A stretch of DNA of 58,236 bases, filler included, from Asterionella formosa (taxonomy: Eukaryota): NCBI GenBank assembly GCA_002256025.1. It is 7 parts of 7 records of this genome, joined end to end, with 100 filler letters (N's around TTAATTAATTAA, not from the genome) between each part and the next. Parts side by side here need not be neighbours in the genome. Positions count along the whole stretch, not along the records: positions 8,356 to 16,597 come from NKIB01012293.1; positions 16,698 to 24,938 come from NKIB01012294.1; 5 more parts are not named here. One strand, written 5' to 3'. Positions 9,900 to 20,968 of the stretch are shown in pieces (within the stretch, counting starts at the first letter, position 1; each line of letters opens with the position of its first letter). Made by a program: the position numbers and the translations under genes. The notes beneath the pieces were generated by a model. That model saw only the letters and a list, made by a program, of their open reading frames with translations, searched no databases and had not been told where the DNA came from.

Positions 9900-12430
9900 A
9901 AGTAGGTGTGGAGTGCAAGTTGTGTGATACGCCTCTCTGGTGAGACATTGATCAGGAAGATGGGCGAATACAGCAGATGGGATGGGTTGGTATCTTTAAT
10001 GGGGACTCTAGATGTAATGTTGGAATCAAAGCAGAACTTGATGTTGCTAGTGAAGACGACGTGCTTGACTAGTCCAAACTTCGATGGTAGTTCGACTGTT
10101 TCCGTATTGCAAAGAGGAGAGAGAGCTGAGGCCAACTCCAATAAGAGAGTGGGATGAGGGCGGGAAAATTCCTAATTTGCGATCTCGGTTTCCTGTAGGA
10201 CAAACTTAGGTAGTTGTAAGGATAGAGCAAGATTGGAGTCAGTGTCAGGGCATGAAAGTAAGTCTGCAATTCATTGAATTCCCTGGGTATATGTGCGATG
10301 ACACATCCCAGGGTTGTATGATTGATGAGGGCCCCCAGATGTGTACAATGGATTGAACCTGAAGTGATTTGGATGACACTTTGTGGGCCCAAGACAAAGA
10401 CATAGTGATGTCGGGAAAAAGTTGAAGCTTGGGCCGGAATTTGTGGTATTCCAGCTGGGAAGTGCTTTTTCAGGACTGGGTGGATCGCTGTCTCTTCCAG
10501 TCTGGTGATGGACACCGCCAGTTGGAGGGCAAGGATGGTGAATTCCATCAGGTTGGCTGATGTGAAGGTATTTTGGATTATTTGGCTTGATTTGGAGCCG
10601 TTTGCGGGCGGATGGTTGAGCCAAGAAGCTCCAAGCAGATGATCCAGTATGCGAGGATGGGGTTGAATACGCCCAAGCCAAGATGACTGGCAACCAAATT
10701 GAACGTGAAGTTGTGATCCAGTGGAATGGGAGGTGCGATTGAGATTTCCCAAGGTTTGTCAGGGTTCGCGTGGACACTGTGGAACTGCTGGAGTTGTTTT
10801 AGTATCCTCCTTGGGTTGATGGGGATTTTGGATTTGTCATGAAAGAGTGGTGCTGCTATTTTCCGGGAAATGATAGCTTGCATTCGGCTCTCCAAGGGCT
10901 TAGGTAGGCGTTGTTTGAGCTTGTGCTCGAAGTTGGAGAATCATTGGCGAAGTGCTTCTTGGAAGGTATTGAGGATTGGGAAATACATGGTTTTGCTCCA
11001 TCTGTTCATTGTGGAGATGTTATCCAGCATACCAACAAGTTTGGCCGCTTCGGGGAGTATAAATGATTTGGAGGTGAGCCAGTGGCGGGCTAAAGATTGT
11101 TGCAGTATCCCGTTTTTCGGCTGGTAGGCTAACCATGAGAGTCCTGGAATTGAGTTGCTTGTTTTCCTAGGATTTGTCTGCAATGGTCGCATGCGGTGAG
11201 AACTCCATTTGCGGGAGAGCGGATCAGGGGTCAGGTTGTTTGGAAACCCTATAGTAATAGTGGAAAGAGCTAGAATGCTAGCGCTGAGTGGTGTGCAAAT
11301 CATGTCTAGTTGTATGGTACAATACATGTTGTTGTCTACATGGTGATAGAATCCTGGGGATTGTATAGTGCTGTCTGGATTGGTTCTGCCTGGATTTTTG
11401 GATTCATTGGTGGCTTGGGTGAACCGTTTTACGATGGCTTGGGTTGGTGGATTTGCTAGTTCGACTGGAGGGAGGTATTTTTCCGCTTGACCCACAATGT
11501 TTGGATGATTGTAAATATGTTGGGCTTGGTGATGGTGAGCCCTTGCCAGAATTTCGAAATTGGCTTTTCTGGTCTCGCCCCCAAAGGTTTGGCCAGTTGG
11601 GAAGCCCACGTGGTCTCCAAGTTGGAAGCTGTGCATGCATGCCAACGAAGTTGGGCTTTTATTTGACATGTTTGAAGGCCCGCCCATTGTATACTACTAG
11701 TACTATCGTCTTCTCCAAAGAAGATGTCCTGATTGGGGAATGATAATCGGCCGGAGATTGTAGATTTCTTGAAAGAAATCGCAGTTCAGAGGAGCAAGTG
11801 TTGTTGGAATACAACTGGAAGTTCGTGGAGTTTGTTGGCCCAATCGTTAACACACATTGCTGTTTCAGTTGTTGGTCTGAATGATGCATATGTGAATGGT
11901 CTGTCCTTTATTCCTTCCTTGATGACCACTCCATATGGGGTGTAATTGGCATTGCAGGCGGTGAAGTGTGTGAGTGGCAAGAATGATGTAACCTTTCTTG
12001 TCCTCTTTGACCACAGCAGTGTAGACGGTGTGTGCCGTTGTGGCTGTACCTGGTTGATTGCCATACAGTCGGCATAGTTGGTAGTTTTCCTCAGTGGAAG
12101 AGACCATGGAGACTCCCTGGTCATAACTTGTTGTAAATGTGCAAAGAGTGGTTCGTCGAGTAGGGGTCTTGTGGTTTGTAGCACATATTTGGTGTCTTGT
12201 TTGGAGGATACATGGGAGCCGCCAAGAATGAAGCAGACCACTGTTGGTTGGGATGCAGAGGTTTTAGTGTTGCAGCATGCATGCTGTTGTCATGACCTTG
12301 CAAGCGTCTTCGAGCTCAGTTTGTAGGTTTCAGCATCTTTTCTGAGATTGGAGTGAGCTGAAAGGGATGTGTCGCTTGGTGTCGCCGAAGCAAGGTTTGC
12401 ATGGTATATGCATGCCAGCCAGGAGGCCTT
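9900..12430 (-). mobile_element. Degenerate DIRS/Ngaro-type (tyrosine-recombinase) retrotransposon pol region (RT + RNase H)
   Basis: TPYGVVIKEGIKDRP..SFRPT..CVNDW, AFKHVK*KPNFVGMH, TGQTFG..ANFEILARA, YHHVDNNMY (decayed xxDD), NLMEFTILALQLA and HIPREFN; many stops and frameshifts. Confidence 0.7.
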
Positions 12431-12519
12431 GTTTAGCAAAGTCGTGAGGTTGGTGTCGCGATCCATTGGAAAAATTCAGATCCACAGCGTGATATCACAT
12501 CGCATGCATACTGCGATTC

Positions 12520-13450
12520 AGGATCTCGATTAGCTAAAGGAGACACTTTCTTCAGAAACAGAGACTCTTGGCTTTTCAGAAACAGAGACTCATGGCGGAT
12601 TACGACAGCATCCACAGGCACGCATTTGCCAAGGCTTTTCAAAAGCAAAACAAGGCCAAACGAACCATACTCACAAAATTTATCTAATATGAATGGCTTC
12701 CCACTGGAGAAAGAAGGGTTATGACGGTAAAAGGCAAATTCGCCCTCCCAGACCATCAGGAGTTAGAAACTACCAAGCATATCATGCTTACATGTAAGAA
12801 TAAGAAATTTGAGGATGACAGGAGCTTAAGGTTCACATTCTTCCTCTTACAATTGAACAAAACAAGAACAGGTGATATAATAACCCTGATTTTGGACGGC
12901 TATACAGCAAACTTGATCTGCACACCTACTGATGAATTACTTTATGGTCTATCCCCACCTGATACCTCATCGACTATGAGAAAGGCAATGAGTCAGGCGA
13001 TTGAAAGTCAAAATTTCACGGGGAGAATTATAACTCTCAGAGGTCACCTCTCCATCCAATGGGGCAATGCAATCGTTTCTTACTTAGAAGATACGGATGC
13101 TCCTACCCATCAAGCTGAAACCTGGATAGTAGAGGCCATCACTCAAATTTGGCTTCTGGCTTCCAAAGCATGGGAAGAAAGAAACTCAGTATTAACCAGG
13201 AAAAGAATGCACACATGGTTCAATTGGATATAGATGGCTGTTCATTTTACAAAAATATGTCAGCAAAGACACTTGATCTTTTTCAGATACTCCCACTTAT
13301 TTCAGCACCCATTCCAAAATCTGCTCAAACTCAGAAGTGGCACAAAAAGAAGATTTCTGAAAAATTGACTTCCTGTTAGAAATTTCAATAAAACTGGCTA
13401 ACAATGGTCAACAATCTCTCTACAAATTTAATTTCCTCAGCGTCCCAAGG
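12520..13450 (+). mobile_element. Degenerate non-LTR retrotransposon C-terminal region (zinc-knuckle-like domain and tail)
   Basis: HAFAKAF..KRTILTKFI*YEWLPTG...ETTKHIMLTC...RGHLSIQW...WIVEAITQIWLLASKAWEERN, the typical post-RNase H tail of protist LINE-like elements. Confidence 0.6.
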
Positions 13451-14099
13451 CAGCAAGAGTCTTCCAGGAAAACCTTGATCTAGCTAGCTAGATGCTATAA
13501 AGTAAATAAATGATGCATCAAATGTAAATTGCAGAACAGTTTCATTTCAGCAACAATTTTGAAAATCATGATAAGTGATGGCAATGGAAATTTAGTAGAG
13601 AGCAAAACTGAAAATGCCAATCAATTGGATGACCTTGTGCTTGCAAGTGCGATGGAAGTGCTAGCAACTACTAGAGCACAACATATCTTGCACTTCCTCT
13701 CCTCTCAAACTATGCAAAATTTTGCAAAATTTAAGATCTCTATATGAGTTATTAAGCAGCACAGCATGGTTGCAATGGAAATTTCTCTCAAAAAATTCTT
13801 ACTCTCTAGCTAATGTGCTGCACCTCTTAAATTATTCTCAGTAGCTAAAATTTTAATCATTTATAATTCGCTTTTTAAGACCTCGTGGTTACATGTAGTT
13901 TTTTCATAGCACGGCCTGCCGACAAGACCTGTGCTTCCCTAGGAGTTTTATTAGTGTAGGTGAGTCCCCAATTATCTTTTGCGAAGTTAATCGTCTTAGC
14001 CGCCGTGTTAGGGGAAACTCTGACTGCATGGGAAGGCGACACAAACATATGTGCTCCAGAATCAATATATGGGGTTCCATCTGCCTGTCTATGTCTTTG

Positions 14100-15200
14100 A
14101 ACAGATCAATGGATTGGACTCAAACAATAAGAAATTCTCAGAGTATGACATTCAATATTCTACAAAGAAACTTGTAAATTGACTCCCTGCTAAAGTTTGC
14201 TAATGCTGGGTGTTGAAAGGGTAACATGGCGTGATGCATTTGAATCCTCATGAATGATCTTGGAGAGCTACTCTTATTTGAGAACTTAACAGGTCTGGTA
14301 ACGTCTATTGGCACTGAATCGCAATAATGCGTATGGGAAGGTTCCAGACCCAAAGATATTAAAGCCCATGTTCTTTGCACCAAAACCCGATGCAGTACTA
14401 GATGCATTCAAAAGCAGCTGAAGGGAGTTTCAGTGGAATTCCTGCATGAATATGTTTTAGAAAAGCTGTTACCAAAAATAATTGTAAGCAAACAGGATAA
14501 GACTAGTATGATGATGATTGGCTAGGATAGAGATTCTTATATAGGTGTTGGTGAAGCGGTAGCAGCAGGATGTGTACCTCAACTTCTTAACAATGGTTCC
14601 TTGGAGCAAAAGATGGAGGACTTCTTAGAGCGGCATGGAAACCTGGAAATTGAAGGGAAGCAAGTGTTCGAATCCCAAGAAGATGAGCCCATTGCTATGT
14701 GTTTACAGGTCAAGATGAGCGAAGCTATCTTTAGTACTAAGCAGTTCATGTCGTTTGTCTCCCAGATGTGGGCTGGTCCAAGTTGTGAACAACTACTGGT
14801 GTGGATACTGGTGAAGTAATGATAAGCTCCTTGGTCACCTGAGAGTTTGGGTTGATGCAACAGCTGAAACCTAATCTACTAGCTCTTTTAATGACAAGAA
14901 AAATGGTGGACGAGAGAACATCAAGAACCTTGGGATCACTGACCAACTAGGCTACAAGCCTTCAAGATACTACTTTAATGGGAGTATGCTCAGAATTTAT
15001 TAATGAGGAAGGATTGATTCAAGATGTTGGCAGGAAAATTAGGGTAACTGTTGTGTTTACATCAAATCTCATGCCGAAATGTCTGGCTAGTAACAAAGAC
15101 AGAATGAAATAGCTACATGTGGGCATGATGTCCTAAGAGCGAAGACATATTATCACAAATTGCTCCTGTCAAAAAATGAGGAAAGAAGAGATTCAATAAT
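14100..15200 (+). mobile_element. Highly decayed DDE transposase relic, same family as 1-1110
   Basis: LMGVCSEFINEEGLIQDVGRKIRVTVVFTS..HAEMSG aligns with MSLCSDFLNEQGMMQYIGTKLGVEAMLTPKCHA..AG at 714-830; boundaries approximate. Confidence 0.55.
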
Positions 15201-15430
15201 CAATGGTGGCTGTGTGAGAGCTGTGGTATTCGTCAGGAAGGTCCGGTAATCAGCGCACATAGCGTGCAGGTTGCTCGTTTTCTGTTCATTGATTCACATA
15301 TGTACGAGAAAAGGCAGGGGTAAACCCCCAAAAATTGTCGAACCCCTAAATTTTGCGCCACTCTGTTATTCTTTAAATAGTTGTTTACATACACGTTAAG
15401 CCGTTAGTCGTTTTATTGTCAAAATGAACT

Positions 15431-15955
15431 TGAAGTCAGCAGTCAGCGATTTTTTCAAAATTTCAGAGAATCAAGTCAGCAGTCAGCAAAACAAGGCCGC
15501 AGTCAGTAGTTAGCAAGTTGAAGTCAGCATTTTTACGATAGTACATAGTGTTACCAATAGTATGAAGAAGTAGATAGCGATGATTTTTTAGGCATCAATG
15601 TCTATTTCACTGTTTATTATCATGTACGGAGTACCAGGTACCTCTGTGTTAATCCCGATAGTATGAATGTAAAAGGCATCGCTTTTAGCATCCCGACAAT
15701 GAAACAAAGATGCATTTCCATCATTATTCAAACATGAAAAGTACAATTCATACACCAGTACCAGTAGTTGGTCTCTTACTTTGTACAAAGTAGTTTGCTT
15801 GACGTCATCATGTTGCAGTTAGCAGTCAGCAACTGCATGTCAGTAGTCAGCAAATGAACTCAGCAGTCAGCGAATATTTTCAAATTTTCAGCAAATCAAG
15901 TCAGCAAATAGCAACAAGAAGTCCGCAGTCAGCAAGTTGAAGTTGGTAGTCAGCG
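15431..15955. repeat. Two ~100-bp direct repeats packed with (A)GTCAGCA motifs
   Basis: 15431-15528 resembles 15857-15954; further GTCAGCA/GTTAGCA copies at 15818-15852. Confidence 0.75.
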
Positions 15956-16597
15956 ATTCTGCTGTGAAAGTTGGCAGCGCTTTTCCGTTTGAAACTTTAT
16001 GACGGTTACAGGTTATATAAAAACGTGGAAATATTTTGAGATTTTTCATCATTTCAGAATTGGTGAGCCGTTCAGACTTCCAATGAAGTAGGTTGAAACC
16101 ACTATATGGAATTTTTAGTTTATAGTGTACGCAATTTTTTTTGCAGATTACCAGACTTTCCAGCAGAAATTCTAACTGCACCTAAAATCGGAAAATTTGC
16201 AAGATGAGCACATCAATACTTACTGGCCTACTACTGGTACTATGCTGCTGTGAAACACACTGCCTTGATAGTGGCAACAAGATGGAGCTGAAACTGTGCA
16301 TACAGCAGGACTGCCACAAATATGGTCCTACTAATACAAAGCTGCTGCAACAATTTTGGACCCATCACTGTGCAATGGACTTTGATTGAAAGTTCATCAT
16401 GAATGAACTCAACAACATAAAAAATGAGATGTATCCATAAAATTTGTTCAAATAATAGATGTTATTTATATGCAACATTTTACTTAGCTAAAATTATGTG
16501 GTACTGATGGTAGTTACGGCGGCTTACAGGTAACCCCTTTGTTTATGTGCTGGAGGTGAAAGGAGGACAGAGAAGCACAAGGAACAACTGCGATCAA

Positions 16598-16697
16598 NNN
16601 NNNNNNNNNNNNNNNNNNNNNNNNNNNNNNNNNNNNNNNNNTTAATTAATTAANNNNNNNNNNNNNNNNNNNNNNNNNNNNNNNNNNNNNNNNNNNN
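16598..16697. other. Artificial contig linker
   Basis: N44-TTAATTAATTAA-N44. Confidence 0.98.
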
Positions 16698-17084
16698 TTA
16701 TGCAATATTCGCTCTCCAGCCATTCAGAATGACTACACTGTAGTGTATTAAATATAGAAAAAGCATAATCTAAGCTAAATAATTACATTCTAGTGCCTAT
16801 GTGGGCTACCTCAGGTACCCTGTAGCTACATGAATCCATCAAAAGGTGTATGATATATTGCATGTTTCATGGGCAATACATTGCCTACTTCACCTTATGT
16901 TTACCGGTATGTTGTATCATCATTAACTACAGTGTTATGTTGGTATGCGGATGTGATGGCATTTGGGTTGAAATGATGACATCACACATCAAGGGAAATT
17001 GATACTTTAATCAAAATGGTCAAACATTAAGCAAATCCTAGCTACTATGGTACCAACTGGCAGAATAAGTAAAAAGATCCTAGG

Positions 17085-17281
17085 TCTCAATATTGTAGGC
17101 TAAATCAGATTAAAGTTACAGACAATTCCAAACAACCAGGTGGTCAGGTGGTTCATTAAATGAAAAATCAAAAGAGATACACATGAATCAATTTGGAATT
17201 GGAATCACTATTGCCAGCACAATGACGTATGTAGCACTAAAGTTTGGATACTGCTCGTTTAGCAAAATTACCGCAACTTGC
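17085..17281. mobile_element. End of a dispersed TIR element (homologous to 4140-4318)
   Basis: TCTCAAT..GGCTAAATCAGA.TAAAG..GGTGGTT..ATCAAAAGAGATA..TTTGGAATTGGAAT.ACTA..AGCAAAATTACCGCAACTTGC is shared with contig 1. Confidence 0.65.
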
Positions 17282-17787
17282 CGGTAAGCTGAGTACCAGG
17301 TACCTGGTACCTGGTACCACCATCTTGCTTCATGTGCATATTTTTATGCATCATCACGCACATCCCGGCCTTTCTACGACTAATCAGAGTTGATTTTTCA
17401 ACCAAAAAGGGAGTACAAAATCAACCGTCAATGCAACCGGGTTGATTTTTTCCTTGTTGTACAATACTGTATTTTCTCGTGATCAAGTACGGAAAAATAC
17501 CGTCAAGGTATTTTACCATCCGCAGTAGAACGATACTTGAGGCCTACAGAAAAATACAACCTGGGTTGATTTTTACAAGTAATACGGTAGTATAGTTCAT
17601 CAATTAAATGAATGGGCTGTGCCTACGTCACCCACTTGCTCGTCTGATGCTTCTATGATGTGGTCAGCAACATGTGCGCACTGCCTGGTGCTCTATCTTA
17701 GATGTTTCCTGGTACATGGTTCTCCGTGAATATAGGTACCAGGCACCACGTTTCTTCTCGCAGTAATGGTACCTGGTACTTCTACCA

Positions 17788-17877
17788 GCAAGTTGCGGTA
17801 ATTTTGCTGAAACTAAAGATTTGGCTATCTTTATCCCAGATTAAAATGTTAGTTCAAGCAAAATGACCGCAACTTGC
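17788..17877. mobile_element. 90-bp mini-MITE with ~30-bp TIRs
   Basis: GCAAGTTGCGGTAATTTTGCTGAAACTA ... TAGTTCAAGCAAAATGACCGCAACTTGC. Confidence 0.75.
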
Positions 17878-18098
17878 AGATACGTATACCTGCAGCACCA
17901 CTGTACCCTGCAACCTGGTACCTGGTACCGTACCAGGTACCCAATTACCCTGGTTCCGGTACTCTATGTACCGGTACATGCCCCGGAAGCATGACTGACA
18001 GGCTGACACCACGCACGCGGGAAAGATACGAGCAATGATTGATGGTGTTGAAACCAAAAAGTCGTATGTATAGCTGTTCATCATCATAGTACGACATC

Positions 18099-18576
18099 GA
18101 AGGTCCGGTAATCGAGATTTTTAGACCTAAATTGAAAACGTGTTTTACCTGACCTTCTCAAGGTCAGTACCAGTACCGTACCAATGGAGCAACAAGCAAG
18201 AGGCAGCAATGATGCAACCCGACAACATTGAATCGAACAAATCAGCAATTTCCTGTTACCGGTATTCATACCGGTATATGCTGTAGTAAAAACCATGATA
18301 CCTTTTACCCGCAGTAAACTATTATGCCTCTACTGGTGGTATGTAGGCCTTTAGGCAGGTATACGATAGTACTCACTGTATCCTGCTTGTTGTACCCGGT
18401 ACCTGGTACCAGGATACCAGGTACCAGATCAGTGAAGCAACTACGGCAGCGATGCACGAATATCATTCTGGTAACCCACAGTTCTTGCCTGTAAATCACC
18501 CCAGTATGTACTTGAAGGTCAGGTAAAACACATGTTTTACTTAAGATAAGCTAAATATCTCGTTTACCGGACCTTC
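18099..18576. mobile_element. Pair of inverted ~60-bp mini-elements (18099-18157 and 18514-18576), each with GAAGGTCMGGTAA termini
   Basis: Each unit starts GAAGGTC(C/A)GGTAA and ends TTACC(T/G)GACCTTC; the units are approximate reverse complements; GAAGGTCCGGTAAT also occurs at 9185 and 15237. Confidence 0.7.
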
Positions 18577-18793
18577 CTGGTAGCATTAGCTATATTATTG
18601 AGTGCAACAAGAGAATGATATGACACCGCAACATATACCCTGGTACTTGCTATGTAGGAAAATCCAGTAAAAACACTCCATTTCTGCAAATCAGCCAACG
18701 AACAAAACAAGCCGATGCAGAGTACCTCTCACCTTGCTTAATTTGGGATTCAATCCGTTTTCGTCTCTACTTGCTTAGTACACAAGTAGCAAT

Positions 18794-20758
18794 ATGTCGT
18801 ACTATGAACTGTCTTCATCTGATAGATCTGAAGACGACGAATCGGATCAATCCGACAAGGATACGGACCAGTGCTCAAAAACTCCATCCGACAACCCCCA
18901 GCATCATCTCTGGTCCCGATCCATCGTTCACATCGACGTCGATTGTTTCTACTGTCAATGCGAGCAAGTTGACGGACCACCTGACTATAGAAAACGACCA
19001 CTGGCGATTGGTCAAAAACACATTATAGTGACATCCAATTACCTGGCGCGAGACTTCGGAGTCAAGAAGTTGCAGTCCAGGGAAGATGCACTGCGGGCCT
19101 GCCCATCGTTACTTATACTAGAGGGATCAGATTTGGAAAGATATAGAAGACATTCAAGAAATATTTATTTGGGATTTAGGGAGGAAATGCAAGCGATTGG
19201 AAGAAAATATGGAGTAATTGTTCCCGTCCGGAAGGGAGGCATGGATGAAGCCCTTGCGGACTTGACAGAGTTGGTCAATGCCGCAATGAAGCAAGATTGT
19301 GGTCTTCCTTCGCCTCTCATTTATATATATGGAAGCGATTTGAATGAAATCTCGGTGTTGACGGAGGATCAATCGGGGGCAGAAGTGGTCGTTAACGCGA
19401 ATTACCATGCCACACCGTTGGAAAACGCACACGTCAACTATGGATCCGACAACGACAAGCGAGAGTGTCAAGCTAGGTTAAAGTGTGCGGCATTGATTGC
19501 TGAGCGAGTAAGGTATGCGATTCATGAAAAAGTTGGCTTCACAACGACCATGGGAGTTTCCGTATCGCCAATGTTGTCCAAATTTTCATCGGGTTTGAAG
19601 GTACGCTAATTCTGTGTATGTTCGAATATCAATTCAACTGTTCGAATCTAATCTATTTATTGTTCAGAAACCGAATTCGGTCAACATTCTTTTTCCTTGG
19701 AGATCGGGAAGTTTGATACCTCCCATGCCGCTGAGAAAGATTCCAGATCTAGGAAATGGCACGATAAAGGTATTGAACGCGTGTTTACAACAATCGCATC
19801 ATGGTCGGTCGCCAGATTTTTGGACGTGTCGAGACTTAGTTCAAGTTCCGCGACATGAGATTTTGACATGCTTGGAGAGATTGAACTCTTCACAACTTTC
19901 CAGGTACGGTGGCTGATAATCTTGTAGTGCAAGTGTCCTTCGTTTACTGACTTTTTTTAGAAATATCCTTGCTTGTGAAGTGACACGCAGTGCACAATGC
20001 TCTTAGAAAAATGCCGCGGCGTGGATCAAAGCAAAATCCAAGACGACAATGGAGGATTATCAAAGACTGTTTCAGTCGAAAACTCCATGAAAAGAGGAAC
20101 TATCCTGACGGAAGAATTGGTGCGAAAGGAAGTCAATGAGTTGTTTCGTCGATTACCCCGTTTGTTGGATGAAAGGAAAAGTGCTTCGCCAAGCCCTACT
20201 TTGGCGTTTCCGAACACTTTGCGACTGACAGTACGGGTTGTGGACAGGTCACTACAGACATCAAAACGGCGGCCGTTTATAACCAAAAGCAAACAAGCAC
20301 CATTTGACGGCAACGGGTATATGACAGCGAGGGAGGGTGAGCCTCGAAATGAAATTCTACTAAAGGTGGTGAATCCACTGCTCCGCATGCTTGTTCTTGA
20401 TCAGGGTGAGATTAACGTGACTCGAATCAATTTGGCAACGACAAATTTTCAGGATCTCAAGGCAGATGTTTCTCCAACTTCGAAGAGTCATTTCCTTGCT
20501 TCGAACAATCATTTCAATACTGTTCCCCCTCTGGTAGCGAAACGAAATGAAAATTACAACCAAATTACTTCAACTGTTCAGAAGCGGCCGAAGCTCTCAG
20601 GAGCAATCAATGCAAGCTGCGATGTGATTGATCCATCTGTTTTAGCTGAACTGCCTGCAGCTATTGCTGCTGAAGTTCGCCAAATGCACAAACAAAATTT
20701 GATGAAAAAGAAAGCGAACGGAAGGATTGACTCCTTCTTCGCACGAAAATTTTCGTGA
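18794..20758 (+). CDS. POLI: Y-family translesion DNA polymerase, Pol iota-like; exons 18794-19600, 19668-19903, 19981-20758
   Basis: RSIVHIDVDCFYCQ, QKHIIVTSNYLARDFGVKK, GMDEA and SGLK|KPN across intron 1; C-terminal UBM-like IDPSVLAELPAAIAAEV and PIP-like RIDSFF. Confidence 0.88.
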
Positions 20759-20968
20759 TCGATCCAACGTTCATAGCTTTCTTGGAGCGATCTAGGCCAC
20801 GCATGCATATCCAACTAGTTACTCGTCGTAAGATTGCCTCTATATACGTGTTGTTTGCCCCTTCCTTTGTTGTCGGCCTACATAAGCCGATGAGGAGGCA
20901 AGTACATCACGTAAATGCTTACGAGTTTGCTGCATATCAACATCGATCCTATCGTCCTGGGTGGCCTC

